From contig JBNAVT010000027.1 in the NCBI GenBank assembly GCA_049700215.1, positions 1-26,139 on the forward strand: a stretch of 26,139 nt of DNA, in the 5' to 3' direction. This document shows positions 18,690 to 26,139 of this stretch, in pieces. Positions within the stretch are counted from its first letter, which is position 1. Every line of letters begins with the position of its first letter. Made by a program: the position numbers and the translations under genes. Below the pieces are notes generated by a model that saw only the letters and a program-made list of their open reading frames with translations, ran no database searches and was not told the DNA's origin. The stretch is from Thermoproteota archaeon. Its GTDB lineage: Archaea; Thermoproteota; EX4484-205; JAAOZP01.

Positions 18690-19811
18690 TTAAACTTCTA
18701 CCTCAGGCGGATAGATGAAATCAATATACTTGCTTTTTATGTAGCTAGCGTCCCTGCCTTCGTGCACAAGAACCCTGTACCTAAATTTCAACTCCTCTCC
18801 CCTAGGCAGGACATAGTCTCCCCTATTCTTAGGCATATTCGTGAATACTGAGACTCCGAACATGTTTGCAGTCATCAAGCCGTAATTCCTCACATGCCAG
18901 TAGGTCGGATACCTGAAGTTGTCAACATGGTCGAAAACAGTTATCCCAACCCTCTCTCCATCAACAACCCCGCTGTAATCGCACCATGCCGCCCTCTTTC
19001 CCCATGTTTCCGCCTCGTTTATCCCGCCGAACGAGTTTTCAATCTTCCCGCCGTTATCAACCTTAATATTCTCGTTGACCCTTATTGAAAGTATTCCACC
19101 CTCCTTAGTATCTCCGAATTTAACATCCTTCTCACGGCTAAAAATGGTTGTCACAACGTCTAGGAGCAGATCTCTTTTAAGCCTCCAGAAACGCAAAATC
19201 CTCTCTTCATGCAGCTCAATGCTTCCCGATTTAGCAATCCATACATTGCTGCTGCTGAGCTCGAGGAAAACCTTTCCGCAACTATTCACCTTAACATCTC
19301 TTGCTTCAATCCTTCCACTGTCTTTGAACTCTGCCCAGAAATCATGCCCATTTACATCTCCATGTGCAACCCATAGAGACCTGTGATGCACATGATCCTT
19401 GGGCCGGTCTTCAGTAACCCTGACGCCATTCGTGCTGAAGACTGGATACAGATACGGTTTGCTAAGTGTTTTCCCATAATTATAGCTCGCCACGCGTTTT
19501 CTCCCATAGTTTATAGTCAGAGAATCCTCCTTCAAGTCGTATGAGAAACCGGTTTCCCCCTCTCCCTCGCTTAGAATAATGTCTCCTCTTAAGGTTCCTC
19601 CCGCCTTCGCGTACGGGAGGATGAAGCAACCCTGAAGCGAACCTCCATACTCCATCACCTGTAGAGGTGTTTTTACACCGCCTATCTCAAGGTAGACATC
19701 CTCATGGTTCTCCAGGAATGAAACCAGTTTCTGCAACGGGAAGCAAACCGGGGTTTCAACTCTGTCGTGAAAACCGCCTTCTATTTTGACTTCAGCTATC
19801 TTCCTGCTCAT
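18690..19811 (-). CDS. PF14100 ('PmoA'/DUF6807-like) soluble protein, not a methane monooxygenase
   Basis: KPYLYPV, DHVHHRSLW, KEGGILSIR, AAWCDYSG, WHVRNYGL and FRYRVLVH. No transmembrane helices. Confidence 0.75.
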   Translation of the reverse strand: MSRKIAEVKIEGGFHDRVETPVCFPLQKLVSFLENHEDVYLEIGGVKTPLQVMEYGGSLQGCFILPYAKAGGTLRGDIILSEGEGETGFSYDLKEDSLTINYGRKRVASYNYGKTLSKPYLYPVFSTNGVRVTEDRPKDHVHHRSLWVAHGDVNGHDFWAEFKDSGRIEARDVKVNSCGKVFLELSSSNVWIAKSGSIELHEERILRFWRLKRDLLLDVVTTIFSREKDVKFGDTKEGGILSIRVNENIKVDNGGKIENSFGGINEAETWGKRAAWCDYSGVVDGERVGITVFDHVDNFRYPTYWHVRNYGLMTANMFGVSVFTNMPKNRGDYVLPRGEELKFRYRVLVHEGRDASYIKSKYIDFIYPPEVEV

Positions 19812-19962
19812 TTTAATTGGGTGAGTTGGAACAAGGCTTTTTTTAAATATTATGTGATCTTTGAAACCTACTAATCTTGATTGTAGAGAAAACCCCTCTT
19901 GGTTTTCCTCTAGTTATCAGGCTTGACATGAGGACGTTTACGTATAAAACACTTAAGAGCGT

Positions 19963-20606
19963 TTAGCCATCCCGTATTTCTGAACTCCTCCCATAAATCT
20001 TCCTGTACAGTTCCAAGCTTATTTCAATTAATAGCAATTAACAATAGCGCGCGCGCTCTTTGCTAAAGATATCGCCACATATTAAATTAAATGGATTTCC
20101 TGTCTTATAATAAGCTTCATATAAGACAACCACCATTACAAAAGGGTAAGATACTGCATCCCCTACATCTTTGAAGGGTCTGCTGTATTCTCATAACAAA
20201 TTCGTAAAAAGTAGGTTTATATTCTTCATCTATATTGCCTACGGCAAATTCTTCCTTACCTACGAGAGCCCAGCATTTGTATATTCGACCCGTAGGATCT
20301 ATCAATTGTGAATTCTCTCGTATAGCTGAACATATCTGCACACCTGGTTCTATATGAAACCCAAATCCCTTTTCTATAGCCATTTTCCATATTTTAAATA
20401 CTCTTTTACTGGTTTCTTTTTCGCTAAACTGAGTAATTGTACAATAAGGAAACACCCCTCTCGGAATGCCTATTCCCAACTTTATTTTATCTCTCAAGCC
20501 GATGCTAACCAAATAGTCCAAGAATGAAGGAATCTCATTGTAATTCATTTTGTCTATATTACACCGTATTATTATAGTTTTTGGGGGCAAAAGGTCAATT
20601 GTATTA
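19963..20606 (-). pseudogene. Radical SAM/SPASM maturase remnant (C-terminal half only)
   Basis: IRCNIDK, CSA...IDPTGRIYKC, VGNI and CRGCSILPFCNGGC are SPASM motifs. After a +1 shift near 20120 it continues YEAYYKTGNPFNLIC, and a possible tail LIEISLELYRKIY follows a further shift. The CxxxCxxC region is absent and the DNA is visibly AT-rich. Confidence 0.8.
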
Positions 20607-20616
20607 AGCGCGCGCT
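20046..20616. repeat. Pair of A(GC)nT palindromes around the SPASM remnant core
   Basis: AGCGCGCGCGCT at 20046-20057 and AGCGCGCGCT at 20607-20616. Confidence 0.7.
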
Positions 20617-20653
20617 AAAAACTTATTAGCTTAGTTCAACTTTTTTGCCGCAA

Positions 20654-21487
20654 ATGAAGCTTTCCATATGCAACGAAGTGTTTTCGGGAATGGGGGTTAC
20701 TGAAGTCTTTCCCCATGTTAAGCGATTCGGATATGATGGTGTTGAAATCGCTCCTTTCACTATAGCTAGCAATGTTGAGAAAATTTCTATTGAGAAAAGA
20801 AGGGAAATAAGGAGGAAAGCGCTTGAAAACGGTATTGAAGTCGTTGGCACCCACTGGGTCTTGGTCTGCGACAAGAACGTGAACTTTTTTAAAGACTCCG
20901 GAGAAACGAGCAGAGAGGCCGTAGGTTATCTGGCTAGAGTGATAGAGTTTACGAGCGAAATAGGTGGAAGAATAGTGGTTTTCGGGTCTCCGAAGCAAAG
21001 AAGCATCCCATCCGATGAGGTTTTTAAAAGAGCCTGGGATTCTGCCGTCTCGGCTTTCAGGGATATAGGGGATTCTGCGAAGGAAAAAACGGTAGTCCTT
21101 TGCATCGAACCCCTGTCTAAAGACCAGACGAACTTCATTAATAATGTTGGTGAAGCAATCAAATTCTTAAAGGATGTTGCCCATGAAAACATCAGACTTA
21201 TTCTCGATGTGAGAAGCATGTGCGACGAAAAAAGATCCTTCAAAAACATGATAAAAGAAGCGGGGCCCTACCTGAAGCATTTTCATGCAAATGACTGTAA
21301 CGGGTATATTCCGGGATCCGGCTCTGCAAACTATAAAGAAATAGTTCAGGGTCTGCTTGAAACCAACTATTCCGGATACTTGTCTGTTGAAGTCTTTGAC
21401 TTTAAACCGAATGCGGAAACTATAGCTGTTAGAAGCCGGGATAACTTAAAAAAGTTTTTCAGAGAATACGGAAACATTGCGCTTTAA
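20654..21487 (+). CDS. Sugar phosphate isomerase/epimerase (D-psicose/D-tagatose 3-epimerase-like TIM barrel)
   Basis: MKLSICNE, GYDGVEIAPF and FGSPKQR, with metal ligands in IEPL, LILD, HFHAND and SVEVF. ATG 20654 lies about 24 nt after CTTATTA. Confidence 0.85.
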   Translation: MKLSICNEVFSGMGVTEVFPHVKRFGYDGVEIAPFTIASNVEKISIEKRREIRRKALENGIEVVGTHWVLVCDKNVNFFKDSGETSREAVGYLARVIEFTSEIGGRIVVFGSPKQRSIPSDEVFKRAWDSAVSAFRDIGDSAKEKTVVLCIEPLSKDQTNFINNVGEAIKFLKDVAHENIRLILDVRSMCDEKRSFKNMIKEAGPYLKHFHANDCNGYIPGSGSANYKEIVQGLLETNYSGYLSVEVFDFKPNAETIAVRSRDNLKKFFREYGNIAL

Positions 21488-21547
21488 AAATGCTAGTGTT
21501 TTTCTGAAAAGTCTTTAAACATGGAACAGTCTTTTTAAAAACATAGT

Positions 21548-22514
21548 ATGAGCATCAATGTCAGAGTCGGGTCTAGAAATGATATAGATGCCCTAGTGGA
21601 GGTTGAATGCTCTGATGTTGCAACATGGTATCATTACTCCTACAAAGGCAGAGGGGAACCGGCCAGATAAGAGGAATTAACTCCTTTGGAGAGGATGATG
21701 CATAGAGGTCCATGGATGGACCGTTCAGAATTAGCTAAATACTGGCAATACATGGAACAATTGGGCATTATTACTCTCGTCGCTGAGTTGAATGGGAAAA
21801 TAGTTGGGCACCTCGACGTGCTTTTCAGCGACGAGCTGCCATTAGGAAGCTTCCTCTATCTCGATGTGTTGAGGGTTCATAAAGCCTATAGGAGAAGAGG
21901 TGTCGCAAGGGCTCTGATCTGGGAGGCGGAGAGAATAGCTAGAGAGGGGAAGGTGAATTTCATGCTGGTCAACCCCAAAGAATATGAGGGCCCCTCGGGT
22001 TTAACCTATAGGAGCTGCAGTTTTGAAAAGGCCTTTGACACGTATGATGTGAAGATGGTGGCCGGCAACACGGTTATCCCGCCGGAAATCAGACTCGCCC
22101 CAATTACTCTTGCAAAGAACCCCCTGTTAAAACCCATTCCATGATCTGCGGATGGCATAATATCAGCATAAAGATGTGGAGTAACTTTACAAATCCAAGC
22201 TTAGAATCGACACGTTTCATCCGTGAGCATCAACTCGCCACTTCCCTTCTAGTGGAAGAGGACACGTATTTTCTATGCGTGTGGGCGCGTCTCTTCGATC
22301 CGTCGACCGGCAGTATTGCCCTCTGGGCTCCAGAACCCTCGGGTAAAAAAGATTTAAAACAAGTCTTTCAAGCATGTAGAGCCTTGGCCTCACGCATGGG
22401 TATGGAAAAATAACAGCCAGAACCATTGAGTAATATGTTCTCATGCTGGGGGATGTAGATCTTAAAATAAGATTTAAGGGAGAACCATTTCTGATTAAAA
22501 AGCTGGTTATTTAA
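21548..22514 (+). pseudogene. GNAT acetyltransferase pseudogene (at least 4 lesions)
   Basis: From ATG 21548 it reads MSINVRVG...GEPAR*EELTPLER, with an in-frame TAA at 21668-21670. Motif A is VHKAYRRRGVA. Further lesions are a frameshift near 22110 (KEPPVKTHSMICGW), a frameshift in the A5 run at 22406-22410 and a TAA at 22431-22433. Confidence 0.8.
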
Positions 22515-22528
22515 AAAAACTGTCGCAG

Positions 22529-22933
22529 TTACTTGCTTGAATCTTCGCTTCGTACTTTAAAGAGCTTTTCACTCTTTTTTCCTTCTATTACATCTACAAT
22601 CCCTAGCTCCATTAATTCTCTAAGCTTCTTTGCAACCGTTTTCCTAGAGGCCTTTCCTCTAATTTCTCTCAGTAGATTAGTCAGCTGAGATATGTTTAAC
22701 GGCCCCTCAGCCATCAATATTTCAGCTATATCTCTGGCTAATGGTCCTGCTCTCAGGCTTTCTGAGAGCAGGCTTATTTTCTTAGAAGTCTTATAGGCAT
22801 CTGAACTTAAGGATAGGATGCTTCGAACGACAGCTAACTCCCGCAATACATCCCTGTTCAACTCCCTTTCTTTCCTAAGCTCTTCTTCAAGAAGATTGAT
22901 CTTCCTGACAAGCTCGTCTATCCTGCTTTCCAA
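22529..22933 (-). CDS. Winged-HTH transcriptional regulator with an N-terminal coiled coil
   Basis: Heptad-rich N-terminus followed by IAEILMAEGPLNISQLT...SRKTVAKKLRELMELGIV. Confidence 0.75.
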   Translation of the reverse strand: MESRIDELVRKINLLEEELRKERELNRDVLRELAVVRSILSLSSDAYKTSKKISLLSESLRAGPLARDIAEILMAEGPLNISQLTNLLREIRGKASRKTVAKKLRELMELGIVDVIEGKKSEKLFKVRSEDSSK

Positions 22934-23220
22934 CCAGTTTTCCCCTCTTTTCTTCCGCCATGTTCTCCTCCACTCATTATGGATCTAAGCCTCCAAGGGG
23001 AAAAATCCATTTTAGGAAACATATGTTCAGCTATCTTGATCGAAGTATGCTCCGGCAAGCCTTCCCTCCTCAACATCTTTGCCATCTTCTTCCTGTTCTT
23101 CCCAATCCTGTAATTAACGAGATAAACATTCAACAAAAGCCATAAAAAAACGGGGGTTAATACAATGAAAGTTATTAAAGCCTCCACTACGATCAGGACT
23201 ATTTGTAACGCCTTTCCCAT
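22918..23220 (-). CDS. Small membrane-anchored hypothetical protein
   Basis: About 30 hydrophobic N-terminal residues, then a basic domain. It overlaps the regulator gene by 16 nt. Confidence 0.7.
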   Translation of the reverse strand: MGKALQIVLIVVEALITFIVLTPVFLWLLLNVYLVNYRIGKNRKKMAKMLRREGLPEHTSIKIAEHMFPKMDFSPWRLRSIMSGGEHGGRKEGKTGWKAG

Positions 23221-23230
23221 TTCAAATCTC

Positions 23231-23602
23231 TTACTTCTCTAAAACCTTCTCTTCTTCTCTTCTTATCTTGCCGGCTTGCCCAAGCACGTTTTTGATTAAT
23301 TCTGCTGGGCTGATAAACTGGTTTTTAACCAGCTCGATAGCGACATCCTCCTTCATTCCCGCCGCTACTAATTCTTTGTAGAAAGTCGCTATCGCCCTAG
23401 CCCTTTCCCTCGCCTGCTCCTCTGTTAACGATGTACCCATCAACTCCTTAAGAGGACCGACAATATCCTTTAAGAGCCCAGGTACTTCTTCTCTAACAGT
23501 CTTCAAAACTTCTCGCAATTCTTCAACATCCTCAGCGTGATGCGTCATCTCTCTTTTCTTCTCCGTTTCAGACAGCTCAACTTCTTTTCTCTCTCCCTCC
23601 AT
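23231..23602 (-). CDS. Helical hypothetical protein, first gene of a three-gene operon
   Basis: ATG preceded by SD-like GGTG and a TTATAAA box (23636-23642). Charged helical sequence with FYKELVAAGM. The gap to the next gene is 10 nt. Confidence 0.75.
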   Translation of the reverse strand: MEGERKEVELSETEKKREMTHHAEDVEELREVLKTVREEVPGLLKDIVGPLKELMGTSLTEEQARERARAIATFYKELVAAGMKEDVAIELVKNQFISPAELIKNVLGQAGKIRREEEKVLEK

Positions 23603-23669
23603 TTCACACCACCGTCAACTAAGGTAACGCCATGGTTTATAAGACTTATGCGATTTTTTACCCATTTTT

Positions 23670-23885
23670 TTACCCAGCAAGCCAGTAGCCAACCTCAGCA
23701 GTCTGATTCTTCCTGTCAATGTGCATCAACCCGATCCCGCCAATCACCTCGTTTCTGTTTTTTAAGGAAAATAGAGAATTCGTAACCGACTTGTTTCTCA
23801 AGGTTTCTTCTAGCCTTCCTTATAGCGCACGCTCGCATGCTTCAGCCTGTAGGGACATGGGATGGTTGTGTATAGTGCGCACTAT
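23670..23885 (-). pseudogene. RimJ/RimL-type GNAT remnant (not in ORF track)
   Basis: Minus-strand pieces in different frames read TIPCPYRLKHA, IRKARRNLEKQVGYEFSIFLK and EVIGGIGLMHIDRKNQTAEVGYWLA, in the order of RimL motifs. Confidence 0.7.
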
Positions 23886-23919
23886 CGAACTTTCTACGCA
23901 CATTGCCTAATCCTTTTCT

Positions 23920-25842
23920 TTAAAGGTTGAAGATTTCCCTCCTCGCCTTTCTGATTATCGTAGCAAGCTCTGCATCATGCGTCTCGAAATAGAGGGGCAA
24001 GCGATCCAAGGGTGATTCGCTGGATGCTTCTACCGGGCCTTTCAACTCCCTACCGTTCCAGAAGTCGATCCATGTGCCTTCCGGTATATAGACGCTTCTT
24101 TCATTGCAACCGCTTTTTACTACTGGGGCCACTAAAAGGCTTCCTACCAAGTATTCATCGTTTATGAACGCGCAGTTCTCATCCTCAGGATATTTCAGGA
24201 CAAGCGGGCACAGTACAGGGTCGCCTGTTCTCATAGCCCTTTCCGCCAGCGAAATATAGTAGTCTCCAAGATAAACGTGAAGAAGCGAGTATCTCCTGGC
24301 TATTTTAACTGTCTCCTCGTCAAAAGTCCACGGTGTTATCGAGTATTCAACAACAGGCATGAGAGATGCCGCCTCAACCCATCTTATGAAAAGCTCCTTG
24401 CCACACCTATACTTATACTGGTTTCCCCCTATCATGTCCGGCATGATATACGGGTAACCCACCATCGAAAGCGTTAACGCCTGTGTAACAGCTGCATACA
24501 GGCCGTTGTCAATCCCCCATGAGGACTCCTTGTCTCCCTCGCGCGCAATAATCCCGAACCTCTGTGCTAAGTATCCCACTCTCGACTCTGCAAGGTCATA
24601 ATGGTTCTCAAATATGTATCTGAGCCATTCGTCAGTATACTGGTTTGGAGTAATGTTCCCATAGGTCCGTCCTATTCTTATTGGTCTAACAATGTTACCG
24701 TCTTTCTTAGCGAAGGGGAAGAAGTAGGCATCCCCACCGTCGAACTTGAAACCGTTGAAACAATAATTTTCCTTCAGCTCCCTCAGCTTCATGTCAAACC
24801 ATCGGCAGGCCTCAGGGTTGCTTACGTCAAGTAGACCAGCTTGGCCATTCCACCAGACTATTTCCGCCGGCTCGTCTTTCTCAGGATCCCACACCAGGAG
24901 CCTTCTGCTCTTTGCATACTCATAACTGTCTGAGTCACGGTTTATGAAGGGGTGTACCCAGAGTGTTGCTAGGAAGCCTGTGTCGTGTATTGCATCAACC
25001 ATACTCCTTGGGTCTGGAAACTTCGATTTATCGAAAGTGTATTCACCATACTTTTCCTCCCACTTATCATCTATCTGAATAACGCTGCAAGGGAAATCAT
25101 GCTCCCTTATGTCCTTCACAAACCTTAAAACCTTCTCTTGGTCAACACCCTGTTTGTACTCAACCCACGTGGTGAATATCGGCCGTGTTAAAACCCGCCT
25201 ATCCGGCGTCCTCCTAGGGAGACCGATTCTCTCAAGTGTTCTTCTACGCACGTCAACAAGGTCCTCGCCGACAATTATACTGTAACTGAAGGACTTCGTG
25301 TTCAACCCCCTTATAGTTATCCCTCTGTCGAACCTTGTGTCGAAAAGCTGATAGTCGTCAACAAGAACTGCAACACCCGTTCTCGTGAACCATAAAGGCG
25401 GCTGAATATTCCCCGTTATGAAAGGCTTCATGTCAATAACGTGGTTATTAAGAGGAAACGCTTGAATGATTAGCTGACCCTGTCCATACCACTGGGTCTC
25501 CCCTATGGAAACCCATGTGTCAGATATGTAGTCAAATGCTGATTCACACTCCCAGTTAACTTTCAGCAAACACCCATCTATGGAAAGCCTCATCCTTGCA
25601 AGAGACTTTGTGGAACTCCAGTAGTTTCCCTCGCATCTTAAGACAATAAGTTTTTCACTCTTATGCTCCACCTCCACGTTGCAGAAATTCCCTGCAATAC
25701 CTGAATGTTCGTAGTCAACCTCATTACTCAACCTCTGTAAAATAGGCTTATCGCCACGATAAACCCTGACTGTCAGAGGCTTAGTATAAGCCTTGACTAA
25801 GATGCTGTCCCCACATATAGAGGCGAAATCCATGTTAAACAC
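23920..25842 (-). CDS. GH31 glycosidase, MYORG/NET37-like subgroup
   Basis: FTTWVEYK, QIDDKW, KFPDP, WWNG, nucleophile FKFDGG, acid/base region GDKESSWG, PDMIGGN and LLVAPV. The start is GTG 25842 or ATG 25833. Confidence 0.9.
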   Translation of the reverse strand: MFNMDFASICGDSILVKAYTKPLTVRVYRGDKPILQRLSNEVDYEHSGIAGNFCNVEVEHKSEKLIVLRCEGNYWSSTKSLARMRLSIDGCLLKVNWECESAFDYISDTWVSIGETQWYGQGQLIIQAFPLNNHVIDMKPFITGNIQPPLWFTRTGVAVLVDDYQLFDTRFDRGITIRGLNTKSFSYSIIVGEDLVDVRRRTLERIGLPRRTPDRRVLTRPIFTTWVEYKQGVDQEKVLRFVKDIREHDFPCSVIQIDDKWEEKYGEYTFDKSKFPDPRSMVDAIHDTGFLATLWVHPFINRDSDSYEYAKSRRLLVWDPEKDEPAEIVWWNGQAGLLDVSNPEACRWFDMKLRELKENYCFNGFKFDGGDAYFFPFAKKDGNIVRPIRIGRTYGNITPNQYTDEWLRYIFENHYDLAESRVGYLAQRFGIIAREGDKESSWGIDNGLYAAVTQALTLSMVGYPYIMPDMIGGNQYKYRCGKELFIRWVEAASLMPVVEYSITPWTFDEETVKIARRYSLLHVYLGDYYISLAERAMRTGDPVLCPLVLKYPEDENCAFINDEYLVGSLLVAPVVKSGCNERSVYIPEGTWIDFWNGRELKGPVEASSESPLDRLPLYFETHDAELATIIRKARREIFNL

Positions 25843-26032
25843 CGTTTTTATGACGCAGCAGAGGCATATATTTCTAGCGTTTCAGAGTCTTAGTCACGAA
25901 CCGTTTTTGAAAACTCGCTACCGGGTTAATGTGTCACAATAATATTTCCTTTATGTGCCCATTTACACTCTTGATGATTTTTAGCACGCACGCGCTCAAG
26001 ACTTCGGAGGCTCGGAAAACTAGGTGAAGCAG

Positions 26033-26139
26033 CTAAGCATACGATATTTTCTTAGCGTACTCCACCATATGTATGAAGTTCTCAGCATTCGTGTTAATAG
26101 AAATGTTGGCAGATGCCGACAGTACATATCCCTCTTTTC
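26033..26139 (-). CDS. C-terminus of a fourth URO-D/MtaA-fold paralog (enters from the right edge; not in ORF track)
   Basis: KEGYVLSASANISINTNAENFIHMVEYAKKISYA* aligns by eye with the end of paralog 2, REGYILSASASVALNNNVENFIHMINYVKRKTL*. Confidence 0.8.
   Translation of the reverse strand, partial: KEGYVLSASANISINTNAENFIHMVEYAKKISYA

Noticed and set aside
18690-19811. Particulate methane monooxygenase subunit
   Set aside because: It is soluble with no transmembrane helices, and no pmoB or pmoC is present. Only the family label matches.
21668-21670. Stop-codon recoding (Pyl or Sec) in the GNAT
   Set aside because: The codon is TAA, not TAG or TGA, and the gene has several other lesions.
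23653-23676. Tandem ATTTTTT(T)ACCC repeat as a CRISPR or iteron element
   Set aside because: It has only two short copies and no spacers. It is more likely a slippage duplication at the end of the RimL remnant.
21-24834. Many 60-160 aa antisense or alternative-frame ORFs in the track (e.g. 21-233, 4065-4550, 13995-14351, 20636-20998, 23537-23785)
   Set aside because: They are shadows of well-supported genes or pseudogenes, with no motifs or promoters of their own.
15246-25842. Sulfoglycolysis pathway (YihV-like kinase plus GH31 sulfoquinovosidase)
   Set aside because: The kinase C-terminus resembles YihV, but the Arg of the DVRW segment as I recall it is replaced (DCFQ). The GH31 is MYORG-like, and no aldolase or SQ isomerase was recognised.
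1-26139. tRNA, rRNA, CRISPR arrays, transposases, integrases
   Set aside because: None was recognised by eye, and the intergenic gaps are short. tRNAscan-SE or Infernal would be needed to exclude small RNAs.

Overview
This is archaeal DNA. Most genes have a BRE/TATA box about 22-30 nt before the start codon, and the HypA/HypB pair is of the Thermococcales type. A thermophilic TACK-like lineage such as Brockarchaeota or Bathyarchaeia is my inference. The window is a cytoplasmic carbohydrate-processing neighbourhood. It holds two GH38 alpha-mannosidases (one truncated at the left edge and missing from the ORF track), a Dac-like PIG-L de-N-acetylase, a MYORG-like GH31 and an unclassified 650-aa glycosidase-like protein. 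It also holds an ADP-ribosylglycohydrolase-family protein, a PF14100-like protein, a ketose-3-epimerase-like protein, and a PfkB kinase plus L-fucose-isomerase-like pair in which each gene is split by a -1 frameshift. Four divergent URO-D/MtaA-fold paralogs are interspersed (one at the right edge, also missing from the track). None has the UroD motif or a complete MtaA motif, and no corrinoid partner is in view. Also present are a CoA-disulfide reductase, hypA with a Mrp-type hypB, an Eis-like GNAT, a three-gene wHTH operon and three decayed genes (a radical SAM/SPASM remnant and two GNATs). I saw no RNA genes, CRISPR arrays or transposases. Family calls rest on motifs recognised by eye; no searches were run.
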